NCBI RefSeq assembly: GCF_006345805.1
Contig: NW_021825676.1
Span: 1-14,864, forward strand
DNA from: Octopus sinensis
Lineage: Eukaryota
DNA: 14,864 nt
Direction of reading: 5' to 3'
Each line of letters opens with the position of its first letter. Position 1 is the stretch's first letter. Below the pieces are notes generated by a model. The model was not told the origin of the DNA and did not search any database. It saw nothing but the letters and a program-made list of their open reading frames with translations. Positions 1 to 9,972 of this stretch are shown here, piece by piece. The position numbers were made by a program, and so were the translations under genes.

Positions 1-300
1 TACTCAAGAAGGACTCTTCCTGATGATCTCCTAATTGGTCCCCAAACAGCTGGGCTCTCTTACCTCAGAGAAGACTTGGATGGAAAGCACTCAGCATACA
101 AAAAACAAAACAAAAACAAAGAAACAAAAAAAAAACAAAACAAAACAAGACTATGCATGGGTATGTTGCCCGGAATCTTGAAAAATACAGTAGAATTGAC
201 GCGAATCGCAACTTCTCTTGGACACAAGACCACTCTATTACAACACACTTTGAAGGCTATGCTTTTGCAATCTAGGAACAGGAGATTGCCACAATCATTT
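1..300 (+). mobile_element. Decayed R4/Dong-like (RLE-type) non-LTR retrotransposon ORF fragment, region C-terminal to the RT domain
   Basis: Frame from 147 reads KTMHGYVARNLEKYSRIDANRNFSWTQDHSITTHFEGYAFAI*EQEIAT (ATG 153, in-frame TAG 273-275 in place of Q). This matches the R4-clade pattern KxxHG..ID...S..W.....EG...AIQEQxIxT. An A-rich (CAAAA)n expansion at ~100-148 breaks the frame. The 5' part lies outside the window. Confidence 0.65.
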
Positions 301-485
301 CCGATAAAAACGGAAATGATGATGGGAGGTGTGAACCCGCTCACATACACATACACCGAGATACACACACATACTATTGCTGTTTTTATCTGGTTGAACG
401 ATCACAGAGACACAGTGGATGACCCTTCAGTGTCGGTATGTTGTAGTAGAAGTTTCAGTCAATTGTTCCATATTGATCATATGAT

Positions 486-1073
486 CCTTTCTACTATAGG
501 CACAATGCCTGAAATTTTTTGGGGAAGTGGGGGGGGGCAGTCGATTAGATTGACCTCAGTACGCAACTGGTACTTAATTAATCGACCCCGAAAGGATGAA
601 AGGCAAAGTCGACCTCGGCGGAATTTGAACGCAGAATGTAACGGCAGACGAAATACCTATTTCTTTACTACCCACAAGGGGCTAAACACAGAGTAGAAAA
701 ACAAGGACAGACAGACGGATTAAGTCGATTATATCGATCCTAGTGCGTAACTGGTACCCAATTTAGCGACCCCGAAAAGATGAAAGGTAAAGTCGACCTC
801 GGCGGAATTTGAACTCAGAACGTAACGGCAGACGAAATACTTATTTCTTTACTACCCACAAGGGGCTAAACACAGAGGAGAAAAACAAGGACAGACAGAC
901 GGATTAAGTCGATTACATCGATCCCAGTGCGTAACTAGTACTTAATTTAGCGACCCCGAAAGGATGAAAGGCAAAGTCGACCTCGGCGGAATTTGAACTC
1001 ACAACGTAACGCAGACGAAATACCGCTAAGCATTTCGCTCGGCGTGCTAACGTTTCTGCCAGCTCGTTGCCTT
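486..1073 (-). mobile_element. Head-to-tail trimer of tRNA-derived SINE family A (tail-1 unit 842-1073, tail-1 unit 658-841, tail-2 unit 486-657)
   Basis: Three copies of the central block CGACCCCGAAAGGATGAAAGGCAAAGTCGACCTCGGCGGAATTTGAAC. The minus strand has an A-box-like TGGCAGAAACGTT and a B-box GAGTTCAAATTCC. Only the 842-1073 unit has the complete head; the other two start at (G/A)GTATTTCGTCTGC. Confidence 0.9.
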
Positions 1074-1454
1074 CGAATTTGATTACATGATAACTGAAAA
1101 TATAGCCTGTTTCTGATGTTGGGCAGAAATTTGTCCAAGCATTGCTTAAGAGTCTTGAATAGTAAATATCGTTAATTTTCTTGTTTCTTTAAATAATGAA
1201 AAATAAAAATAAAAAAACAGAATAAAAAAAATAAAAACGAGTGGGCAACTTCTGAAGAAAAACAAAGAAAGCGTTGTCACATAGCATCATCTCTCATCTG
1301 TTGAGATCTTTGAACTCTTAATGATAGCTTCCTGCTCTTTCATGTCCTTGTAGTTGCTGCTTAATTGCAGGTAACCCAAACAAAATGCTAAATTTATTAA
1401 TTGAAATGGGGGTAATAAAAACGATTATTTTGCGAGATCGTGTGCTTGCGTGCA

Positions 1455-1638
<184 letters not shown>

Positions 1639-1805
1639 TGGTGTACTGTCGTAACACTGGGTTATATCTTCTATCCAAAATAATACAGCTTTTTACGTTG
1701 TTTCCACATCCTTATTGCCTTTGTATTACTTGTCTTTTAAAGTTACAATAGATTCAGCGACTGAACAAACTGTAGGTATATTTTCTACGTTGTTTTAATT
1801 GTTCT

Positions 1806-2412
1806 GCGAGCAGGTCAGGGAAACCGTTCTGCACGCAATTGTGCAAGGCCCCAAAACCTCTGACATGTGGGTTTACGTTGAACATCTGCTGTCACGGCTG
1901 GGAAGAGTACAAGTAACTGTCTTCCGAGTCGATTGTAAAGATTGTTCCTCCTGCCTCTTTTAACAAAGAAAGCAAGGCTTGTTTTCTCTCTGTGGTCGCT
2001 ATAGCGAAAGAAACGGCATAGAAGACCCGCGTGAAAGGAATCCTGACAGGCACCTTCATCTCTAACCTTGGACTGGTCCATTACCTCATCTACCACCTTA
2101 AGAAGAAAATAAGGGTGGATTGAAAATGCTTGTCACCTGATGTATATGGAAAAAGATGGAAGGCTGTGGCGAGTTTGATGCGGCTGAATGAGCCTATATA
2201 GTATACCCATAAGGTTATAAGGTACTGTGATGGCACGGGGCTTGCGGGGACGAAGCAAAACCAACCCCCACTTCATTGTCTGTGTATTTGTTTATCATTC
2301 GATTATATAAATTTTTAACTTTACACCTCTGTGTAAAAACCATAAGCACCATCGACCCCTCCCTCATTTGTACCGTCCCTCTATGTTTGGCTCCGTGGGG
2401 GCAATTAAGAAA
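1806..2412 (+). mobile_element. 5'-truncated L1/Tx1-clade LINE (ORF2 C-terminus plus 3' UTR) with 19-bp TSD
   Basis: Translation CEQVRETVLHAIVQGPKTSDMWVYVEHLL resembles the CxxC..ETxxH...C.....W zinc-knuckle region. After a frameshift near 1911-1917 it continues SESIVKIVPP...VVAIAKETA*KTR...KKKIRVD*...RWKAVASLMRLNEPI* (stop 2199-2201). TSD ACGTTGTTTTAATTGTTCT (1787-1805) / ACGTTCTTTTGATTGTTCT (2413-2431), 17/19 identical. Confidence 0.8.
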
Positions 2413-2814
2413 ACGTTCTTTTGATTGTTCTAACAGTTACTTTGCTTCCATTAAACTGTTTTGTAGTTTCTAGAATTTTCCCCATATTGTAGTTTATTTA
2501 ATGCATAAATTATTACCCCCACCATCTTTTTTTTTTGTAAGCAAAATCAACTTTCTTGACACTTGAAACTCTATTATTTAATCTCGAAAATAATTTCAGA
2601 AAAATATTAAAGAAGATAATAATTCTAATTTCAGTGTTGGCTTTATCGAGTGATCTACCTCAATGTTGGAGAAGTGAAATAAAAGTAATGTGATGGGGTG
2701 GGGGGAGAGGAACTGAAATGGAAACGGCAAAAAGAAAACAACCAAAACAATATCCAAACAAAAACCGAACTAAAGTGAAACGGTAGACACCGAGAATCGT
2801 GTAGACCGAAGAAT

Positions 2815-3101
2815 ACACACACACACACACACACACATACACACACACACAAATTACATACGTACATAATACATACATACGTACGCGCATACATACATAA
2901 GTACGTACATACATATATACATACATACGTACGCACATGCATACATACATACAAACATACATCCGGACGTACATACTTACATGCGTAAATAAATACGTAC
3001 GTACATACATACATACGTACGTACATACATACGTACATTCATACATATATACGTACATACATACGTACGTACATGCATACATACATACATACATACATAC
3101 A
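2815..3101. repeat. (CA)n grading into (TACA/TACG)n microsatellite
   Basis: Read directly from the sequence. Confidence 0.95.
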
Positions 3102-3329
3102 AGGGACAATTTGAATAAGCTGTGCTTTTCAGAAGAAAGTGAGCAACCAGCTAACACGCGCATTACGAATAAAATCCGTTTGAGGAACAGTAAAGATATG
3201 CAAGACTTTTTCTAAGCGAAAAATGTGAATTTGTTTTTTTAATCTACATTCCAATGATGTCGCTTTGTATCATTGTTAAAATTCAGCTCCTTTCTTACAT
3301 GAAGAAATAATAGAAAATATAAGGGAACG

Positions 3330-4189
3330 ATACATACATACATACATACATAACATACATACATGCATACATACATACATACATACATACAACATACATA
3401 CATACATACATACATAACATACATACATGCATACACATACATTAACATACATACATACATACATCCATACATACATACATAACATACATACACACATACA
3501 TACATACATACCTACATACATAACATACATACATGCATACATACCATACATACTACATACATACATACATACATACATACATACATAACATACATACATG
3601 CATACATACATACATACATACTACATACATACATACATACATAACATACATACATGCATACCTACATACATACATATCATACATACATACATACATACAT
3701 AAACTTACATACATGCATACATACATACATACATACATACATACATACATTACATAATAATACATACATGCATACATAAATACATACATACATACATACA
3801 TACATACATACATACATGCATGCATGCATACATACATGCATACATACATACATACATACATACATACATACATACATACATACAAACATAACATACATAC
3901 ATGCATAAATACATACATACATACATACATACATACATACATACATACATGCATACATACATACATACATACATACATAAATACATACATAACATTACTA
4001 CATGCATACATACATACATACATAAAACATACATACATGCATACATACATACATACATACATACATACATACATCACATACATACATATACATACATACA
4101 TACATACATGCATACATACATACATACATACATACATACATACATACATACATACATACATACATACATACATACATACATACATACAT
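3330..4189. repeat. ~860-bp (TACA)n tetranucleotide tract with recurring TGCA and TAACA variants
   Basis: Read directly; source of all the MYVC/HTYI ORFs. Confidence 0.97.
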
Positions 4190-4434
4190 GATGTTGTAGC
4201 AAAGACACTGTATAATGAAATCCGTCGGAAGGATAACCCTGAAGCTATAGAAGAAGTTTAAAATGTGACACTCTTTTCGTTTTGTACGTTCTAACGATGG
4301 AGTTTTGTATCTTTGTTACAAACAACTCCTTCCTCAGAGGAAAAAAATACTTAAATACTTAAAAACAGAAGTGAACATACATACGTAATACATACATATA
4401 TGAATACATACATACGTTCGTCCATCCATCCATT

Positions 4435-5047
4435 TGAAGGGGGACCGAAAAGTAAGCGGAAACATTCTCTGTAGGATAACCCCGTTGTAGTTCTGACTTC
4501 CGCCGCTAGATGCGACCCTCAGACATCAGTCTGCTGATCGGCGTTGTCCAGTGGAATCGTACTCTCACGTGGTACGTCTTCGTCTTGTTCGTCGATTTCT
4601 GCGATGGCTGAAACGAAGGAACAACGTGCTTCCGTGAAATTCTGTTTTCTGCTGGGAAAAACGGCGGCCGAAACAGTTGTCATGCTTCAAACAGCTTACA
4701 AGGACGCTGCCATAAACAACACACAAGTTTACGAGCGGTTTTCACGCTTTAGGAATGGTCACTTGTTGTTTGAGGACCAGCCTCGTTCAGGGCGACCGTC
4801 GGCTTCTCGAACGAATGAAAACATCATGAAAATTCCTGAACTGAACTTGGAGGACCATCACTGAACATTGACGAACTTGTTGATATGACTAATATGTCCT
4901 GGAGGTGAAGAAAAAAAAAAAAAAACGGCGGAGCGATGCATTGCTTCAAATGGAGAATACTTTGAAGGTGATAAAAAGTGTAAACATGTAAAACTAAGAG
5001 AATAGAATAATTTTATAAAATTCCGGTTCCTTTTGGGTACCTCCTCG
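4435..5047 (+). mobile_element. Internally deleted mariner (Tc1/mariner) DNA transposon
   Basis: Imperfect 27-bp TIRs at 4435-4461 (TGAAGGGGGACCGAAAAGTAAGCGGAA) and 5021-5047 (rc CGAGGAGGTACCCAAAAGGAACCGGAA), 20/27 identical. Transposase remnants lie between them. Confidence 0.9.
4604..5005 (+). pseudogene. Mariner transposase pseudogene: N-terminal HTH domain joined to the extreme C-terminus, DD34D domain deleted
   Basis: MAETKEQRASVKFCFLLGKTAAETVVMLQTAYKD...QVYERFSRFRNG...EDQPRSGRPS is the typical mariner N-terminus. A frameshift near 4860 gives NIDELVDMTNMSW, then an A-run, then the C-terminal motif ERCIASNGEYFEGDK. Confidence 0.9.
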
Positions 5048-5181
5048 CACAAGCGTGCATACACACATCCATATATCATAAACACACAGACAGATGTATG
5101 GCAGTGTGTTTATGTGTATGTGTGTGTATATGATGTGTTACTGTCCGGCCTTGTGTGTCAAGGACTAAACTGTCCAATATA

Positions 5182-5398
5182 TATTTCTTTACTACCCACA
5201 AGGGGCTAAACACAGAGGGGACAAACAAGGACAGACAAAGGGATTAAGTCGATTACATCGACCCCAGTTGGAAACTGGTACTTAATTTATCGACCCCGAA
5301 AAGATGAAAGGCAAAGTCGACCTCGACGGAATTTGAACTCACAACGTAACGGCAGACGAAATACGGCTACGCATTTCGCCCGGCGTGCTAACGTTTCT
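5182..5398 (-). mobile_element. SINE family A, tail-1, near full length
   Basis: Colinear with the 842-1073 unit; the outermost head bases (GCCAGCTCGCC) are missing. Confidence 0.92.
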
Positions 5399-5448
5399 AG
5401 CCTTCAGGTTTTAAAAAATGTGTAATTTCAGAATGATTTTGAAGTTAT

Positions 5449-6135
5449 TCCTCCTCCCCTCCTCCTCCTCTTCTTCTTCTTCTTCTTCTTCTTCTTCTTC
5501 TTCTTCTTCTTCTTCTTCTTCTTCTTCTCCTCCTCTCCTTCCTCCTCCTCTCCCTCCTCTCCTTCCTCCTCATCTCCCTCTTCCCCTTCTTTCTCCTCTC
5601 CTTTTCCACCTTCCTTCTTCCACCTCTCCTTCTCCTCCTCTTCCTCCTCCTCCTCTCCCTCTTCCCCTTCTTCTTCTTCCCCTTCTTCCTCTTTCTCCCA
5701 TCTTCCTCCTCCTCTCGTTCTTCCTCCTCCTCTCGTTCTTCCTCATCTTCCTCCTCTTCTTCTTCTTCCTCCTCTTCTTCATCTTCCTCCTCTTCTTCCT
5801 CCTCTTCATCTTCCTCCTCTTCATCTTCCTCCTCTTCTTCTTCTTCCTCCTCTTCCCCATCTTCCCCCTCTTCTTCTCCTCTTCCTCTTCCTCCCCTTCT
5901 CCCCCTCCCTTCTTCCTCGCTTCCTCTACTCCTCCTCTCCTCCTCATCTTCTTCTCTTCCCTTCCTCCCTCCATCCTCTTCCTCTCTTTATCCTTATTCT
6001 TCTCCTCCTCTCATTTCTCTTCCTCCATTCTTCTTCCTCCCCTGCTTCCTCCCCTTATCTTCCTCCTCTTCTTCCTTTCCCCCTCTTCCACCCCTCCTCC
6101 CCCTTCCCCGCCGCACCCCTCCCGTTCCTCCCCTC
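5449..6135. repeat. ~690-bp polypyrimidine/polypurine tract: (CCT)n/(CTT)n and degenerate derivatives
   Basis: Almost only C/T on the plus strand; perfect (CTT)n at ~5470-5527. Confidence 0.95.
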
Positions 6136-6174
6136 GTGTACAACATACATATACTAGTATCGACAGCATGTTTT

Positions 6175-6257
6175 ATGATGATGACGACGACGACGACGAC
6201 CACCACCACCACCACCACCACCACGACCACCACCACCACCACCACCACCACTACTAC
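6175..6257. repeat. Compound trinucleotide microsatellite (GAT)(GAC)(CAC)(TAC)
   Basis: Read directly from the sequence. Confidence 0.93.
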
Positions 6258-6401
6258 TTCATGCATACATACCTGTTATAAGATTAATTCTACATATATA
6301 GTTATGTATACTTTTATGTCATGCGCACTCACATAGACATTAAGTTATATACTCATACACGCATATATATATATACGCGTACACTCACTGGAGCACAAAG
6401 G

Positions 6402-6503
6402 CAGAGAGATGCGAGAGAGGGAGAAAAGAGTGAGAGAAAGAGAAAAAGGGAGAAAGAAGAGAGAGAGAGAGAGAGAGAGGGAAAGAAGAAAAGGAAAGAA
6501 AGG
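6402..6503. repeat. (GA)n / purine-rich tract
   Basis: Read directly from the sequence. Confidence 0.85.
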
Positions 6504-7619
6504 TTCCTGCAATTGTTGTTTATTCATAACAAAAACGTAGAAACGAGGCGCAAACAAAGACTTCAAATTGGAACCTCTAAATTGGCTACGTAAATACGAA
6601 TTCAATGTACGTTTAAATGCATCCTTATACACATATACTCATACATGCATATACATACATGATTCACGAGCATATACTACATATGTATACACATAAACTC
6701 AGGCGCACATACAGTTGTGGTGATATCTTGAATGAGAATAGTTTATTTTTATATTATTTATTTATTCCAACAAACAAAACGCAGCAAATACTCACAAACA
6801 ATTACAACAAATAAGCAGTAGCGAGATCGAAACAATATAGTGGACCTAAATAAGTGCTAATTAAGCCTGACCCTTTATTTCTACAGAGACATAGTTAGAA
6901 TAGACGAAGAAAAAAAATCCTTCAAGAAAACATCGTTTCTGCTAATGACTTGTACGTACGGCCATAACGTAAAAAAATGAATAACGCAGACGACAGGAAT
7001 ATAAGACGCAGACGATATTAACGAATGAAGCAAATAATGAAGTCGGTTGTGTAAGCTAGGAACACGTTCATTGCAGAGATTTGGTAGAGAAATTAGATTA
7101 GTGATAGAGCTTGAAGCGGTTGGCTGTGACCAAAATTTGAGAACATTTGTTCAAGGCTACCGTCATCCTAGCTCTTCCCTTAATGACTTGCTAATTAGAA
7201 CCCATTTTTTTTCTACCGTGAATTGAGTGTCTTAACACCCATTAATAAGTCTGTCTGTACATCTTCATCTCACAGTCTGTCTCTTTCTCCGTTTGTTTAT
7301 AGCTGTTTGTGTGACCGTATGTATATGTACATGTGTAAAGCTATCGTTCTGTGTGTCTATCTGTAAATCTATCATTCTATATCTCCTTCGTTTTGTCCTT
7401 GTACCAATAAATCTTTTCTGTCTGCTTGTTTACCATATTTTTTATCTGTTCTATCCATAGTCTCTATTCGTTGTAATTTAACCCCAAGTCAATTCTGATC
7501 AAGTGCATCTATAATGAAAGACATTCCAACCGTAACAATTCCGTTCTTTTTAGGAGTCTCTTAAGACGACAATATCCAACGTATTCATCTTGTTTGTTTT
7601 TATAACAGTACATTTATCT

Positions 7620-8036
7620 TCTATCTTTTATTTGTTTCTGTCATTGGACTGCGGCCATGCTGTGGCACTGCCTTGAAGGTTTCTTTTAGTCGAACAAATC
7701 CCCCCCTCGTACTTATATTTTTAAAGTCTTGTACTTATTGTACCGGTCTCTTTTGCTGAAACGCTAAGTTATGGGGACGTAAATAGGCCAACACTGGCAG
7801 TCAAGCAATGACGATGGTGGTAGTGAGATAAACACACACACACGTATATGTGTATATATACATATGTGTGTGTGTGTGTATGTGTGTATCAATAAATAAA
7901 TAAATATATATATACACGAGGAGTTTCCGCACTGTTTCACTCACAGGGCTAAAGCAGAGAATATTTGTCGAAGGTACCGCGTGAACCCACGTGAAGGTAA
8001 AGCGAAGTTTTTAACCACACAATCATGTCTGCGCCT
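7620..8036 (-). mobile_element. Diverged SINE family B (tRNA head, internal CA/TA microsatellite, TAAAAG-type tail)
   Basis: Colinear with 12627-13032: GACTGCGGCCATGCT, CTCTTTTGCTGAAACGCTAAGTTATGGGGACGTAAA, and head ending CTGCGCCT. Confidence 0.8.
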
Positions 8037-8161
8037 ATAACTTCAGGGGAATTTAATTGCCGTTTGTAGCAGATTGAGCAGGCACATATAAACACTCAGT
8101 TTATTTGATGAAGTATTGCTGCTCTCTGTTAGTATCAATGTCTGTACTTCCTTTGTCTTTA

Positions 8162-8965
8162 CCTGACTTCAATGGTCCCCCTTCGGTCATGAATGACTTT
8201 GGGTTTGCACCTAGAAAGTTACCCCTCTGAGGCACAAGTCCGGGCAAGGCTGTTTATGGAAGACCAGCAGTCGTCCAACCTACCAGCCTCTCCTCTCCAT
8301 GCTACAAATGTTATTCAAAGAAGCAGAGGTCGGTACAGCTTGGCACCAGTAACATCGTAACTCAGTTCTTGTTTGTTTATTGCCCACAAGGGGATAAACA
8401 CAGAGGGTACAAACAAGGACAGACAAAGGGATTAAGTCTATTACATCGACCTCAGTGCGTAAATGGCACTTAATTTATCGACTCCGAAAGGATGAAAGGC
8501 ACAGTCGACCTCGGCGGAATTTGAACTCAGAACGTAGCGGCAGACGAAATACCGCTATGCATTTCGCCTGGCGTGTCAACGTTTCTTATTTCTTTATTGC
8601 CCACAAGGGGCTAAACATAGAGGGGACAAACAAGTACAGACAAACGGATTAAGTCGATTACATCGACCCCAGTGCGTCACTGGTACTTAATTTATCGACC
8701 TCGAAAGGATGAAAGGCAAAATCGACCTCGGCGGAATTTGAACTCAGAACGTAGCGGCGGACGAAATACCACAAAGCATTTCGCCTGGCGTGCTAACAAT
8801 TCTGCCAGCTCGTCGCAACTCATTTCTACAGCTGAGTCAACTGGAGCAACGTGAAATAAAGTGTCTTGCTCAAGGACACAACACACGTCCTGGTCAAGGA
8901 ATCGAACTCACTACTTCATGATTGTGAGCCCGACTCTCTAACCACTGAGCCATACGCATTCACAC
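8162..8965 (-). mobile_element. CORE-type tRNA SINE family C, interrupted by a SINE-A dimer
   Basis: Minus strand has A-box TGGCTCAGTGG, B-box GAGTTCGATTCC and CORE-like GTGTCCTTGAGCAAGACACTTTATTTCACGTTGCTCCAG...AAATG. The body resumes at 8162-8369. Possible outer TSD TTGTCTTTA (8153-8161 / 8966-8974). Confidence 0.75.
8370..8812 (-). mobile_element. SINE family A tail-1 dimer nested in SINE C, with 15-bp TSD
   Basis: Two units (8370-8586, 8587-8812). TSD TCGTAACTCAGTTCT (8355-8369) / TCGCAACTCATTTCT (8813-8827), 13/15 identical. Confidence 0.9.
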
Positions 8966-9099
8966 TTGTCTTTATGCACACGCACACACACACGCATGCA
9001 CGCACACACACATACACGCACATATATAGCTTCTTTTTTATTTCTTTTTGTATTGGCGCAATGACTCCCCTAAGACTACAAAATCATTTATTTCATTTA

Positions 9100-9506
9100 T
9101 TTATTTATTTTGTTTCAGTCATACGACTGCGGCCAAGCTGGGGCAGTGCCTTGAATAATTTTTTAGTCGACTGAATCGACCCTATTACTTTCTTAAAAGC
9201 CTGGTACTTACTTTATCCGTCTCATTTTGCCGAACCGCTAAGTTATGGGGACGGACGTAAGCACACTAACACCAGTTCTAAAGCGGTGAGGTGGGGAGGG
9301 ACACACCCAAGCAAGTGCACACACACAGAATCATACATACACACTCACATACATACATGCATGCGACGAGCTTCCACATAGTTTCCGTTTCCCAAGTTCA
9401 CTCCCAAGGCATTGGTCGGTCCGGGTTTATAGTGAAAGATACATGCTCAAGTGGAACTGAACCCAAAGCCACTTGGTGGAAAAGCGAGCTTCTTAAGGAT
9501 ACAGCC
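9100..9506 (-). mobile_element. SINE family B copy
   Basis: Colinear with 12627-13032 (GTTTCAGTCA, GCCGAACCGCTAAGTTA, CAGTTTCCGT-like, GGAACTGAACCC). Confidence 0.85.
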
Positions 9507-9605
9507 TTGGGCCACGAATCTTCCGCTCCTGTCTTTAACGGGTTTCTTTGTTCAGTGAAACCTGCCTTATATTTCTTCTGGCCACTGCAATATTTCTTTT
9601 GCAGT

Positions 9606-9972
9606 AAGACCGTGAGCTGGCGGAATCGTTTGCACGTCGGGCAAACAATGCTTAGCAGTATTTTGTCTGTCTTTACGTTCTGTGTTCAAATTTCGCCGAG
9701 GTCGACTTTGCCTTTCATCCTTCGGGTTCGATAAATTAAGTACCAGTTGAGTACTGCGGTCGATCTAATCGACCGGCCCCTCCTCCAAAATTTCGAGCCT
9801 TGTGCCTAGAATAGAAAACAATTTTCTTCTTCTATTTCTAGATTCCGTGAAGTCGACTTTGCCTTTCATCCTTTCAGGGTCGATAAATTAAGTACCAGTT
9901 GCGTACAGGGGTCGATCCAATCGACTGGCCCCTTCCCCCCAAATTTCGGGCGTTGTGCCTAGAGTAGAAAAG
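9606..9972 (+). mobile_element. SINE family A tail-2: full copy (9606-9821) plus 5'-truncated copy (9841-9972) inside a perfect 17-bp direct repeat
   Basis: AATATTTCTTTTGCAGT at 9589-9605 and 9973-9989. Both copies end in ..(C/G)CTT/GTTGTGCCTAGARTAGAAAA. Confidence 0.9.

Noticed and set aside
20-50. CTGATGA hammerhead core
   Set aside because: No stem II or GAAA follows; it lies inside the LINE coding remnant.
76-696. 206-aa ORF
   Set aside because: Chimeric read-through of a LINE fragment (mostly in the wrong frame), an A-rich run, a CA repeat and an antisense SINE.
486-1073. SINE array as a retrozyme or CRISPR-like array
   Set aside because: No hammerhead core on either strand, no unique spacers, no cas genes; the units are Pol III SINE bodies.
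474-1091. TSD around the SINE trimer (TGATCATATGAT / TGATTACATGAT)
   Set aside because: Short, AT-rich, mismatched and offset from the element end.
1354-1370. Possible 17-nt microexon (pyrimidine tract-TAG...CAG|GTAACC)
   Set aside because: Splice-like signals only; not frame-preserving and no supporting gene context.
2655-4261. Many MYVC/HTYI ORFs (also 1385-1751 and 14555-14737)
   Set aside because: Translations of stop-free microsatellites.
5418-6336. Ser/Pro/Leu/His-rich 287-aa ORF and antisense Arg/Lys-rich ORF
   Set aside because: Pure low-complexity tract; pyrimidine-only sequence cannot contain stop codons.
6886-6951. Possible exon after CTGAC...TTTCTACAG
   Set aside because: Short peptide with no recognisable homology and a weak donor; needs RNA-seq.
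8890-8963. tRNA gene (A and B boxes)
   Set aside because: No convincing acceptor stem; it continues directly into a CORE-like SINE body.
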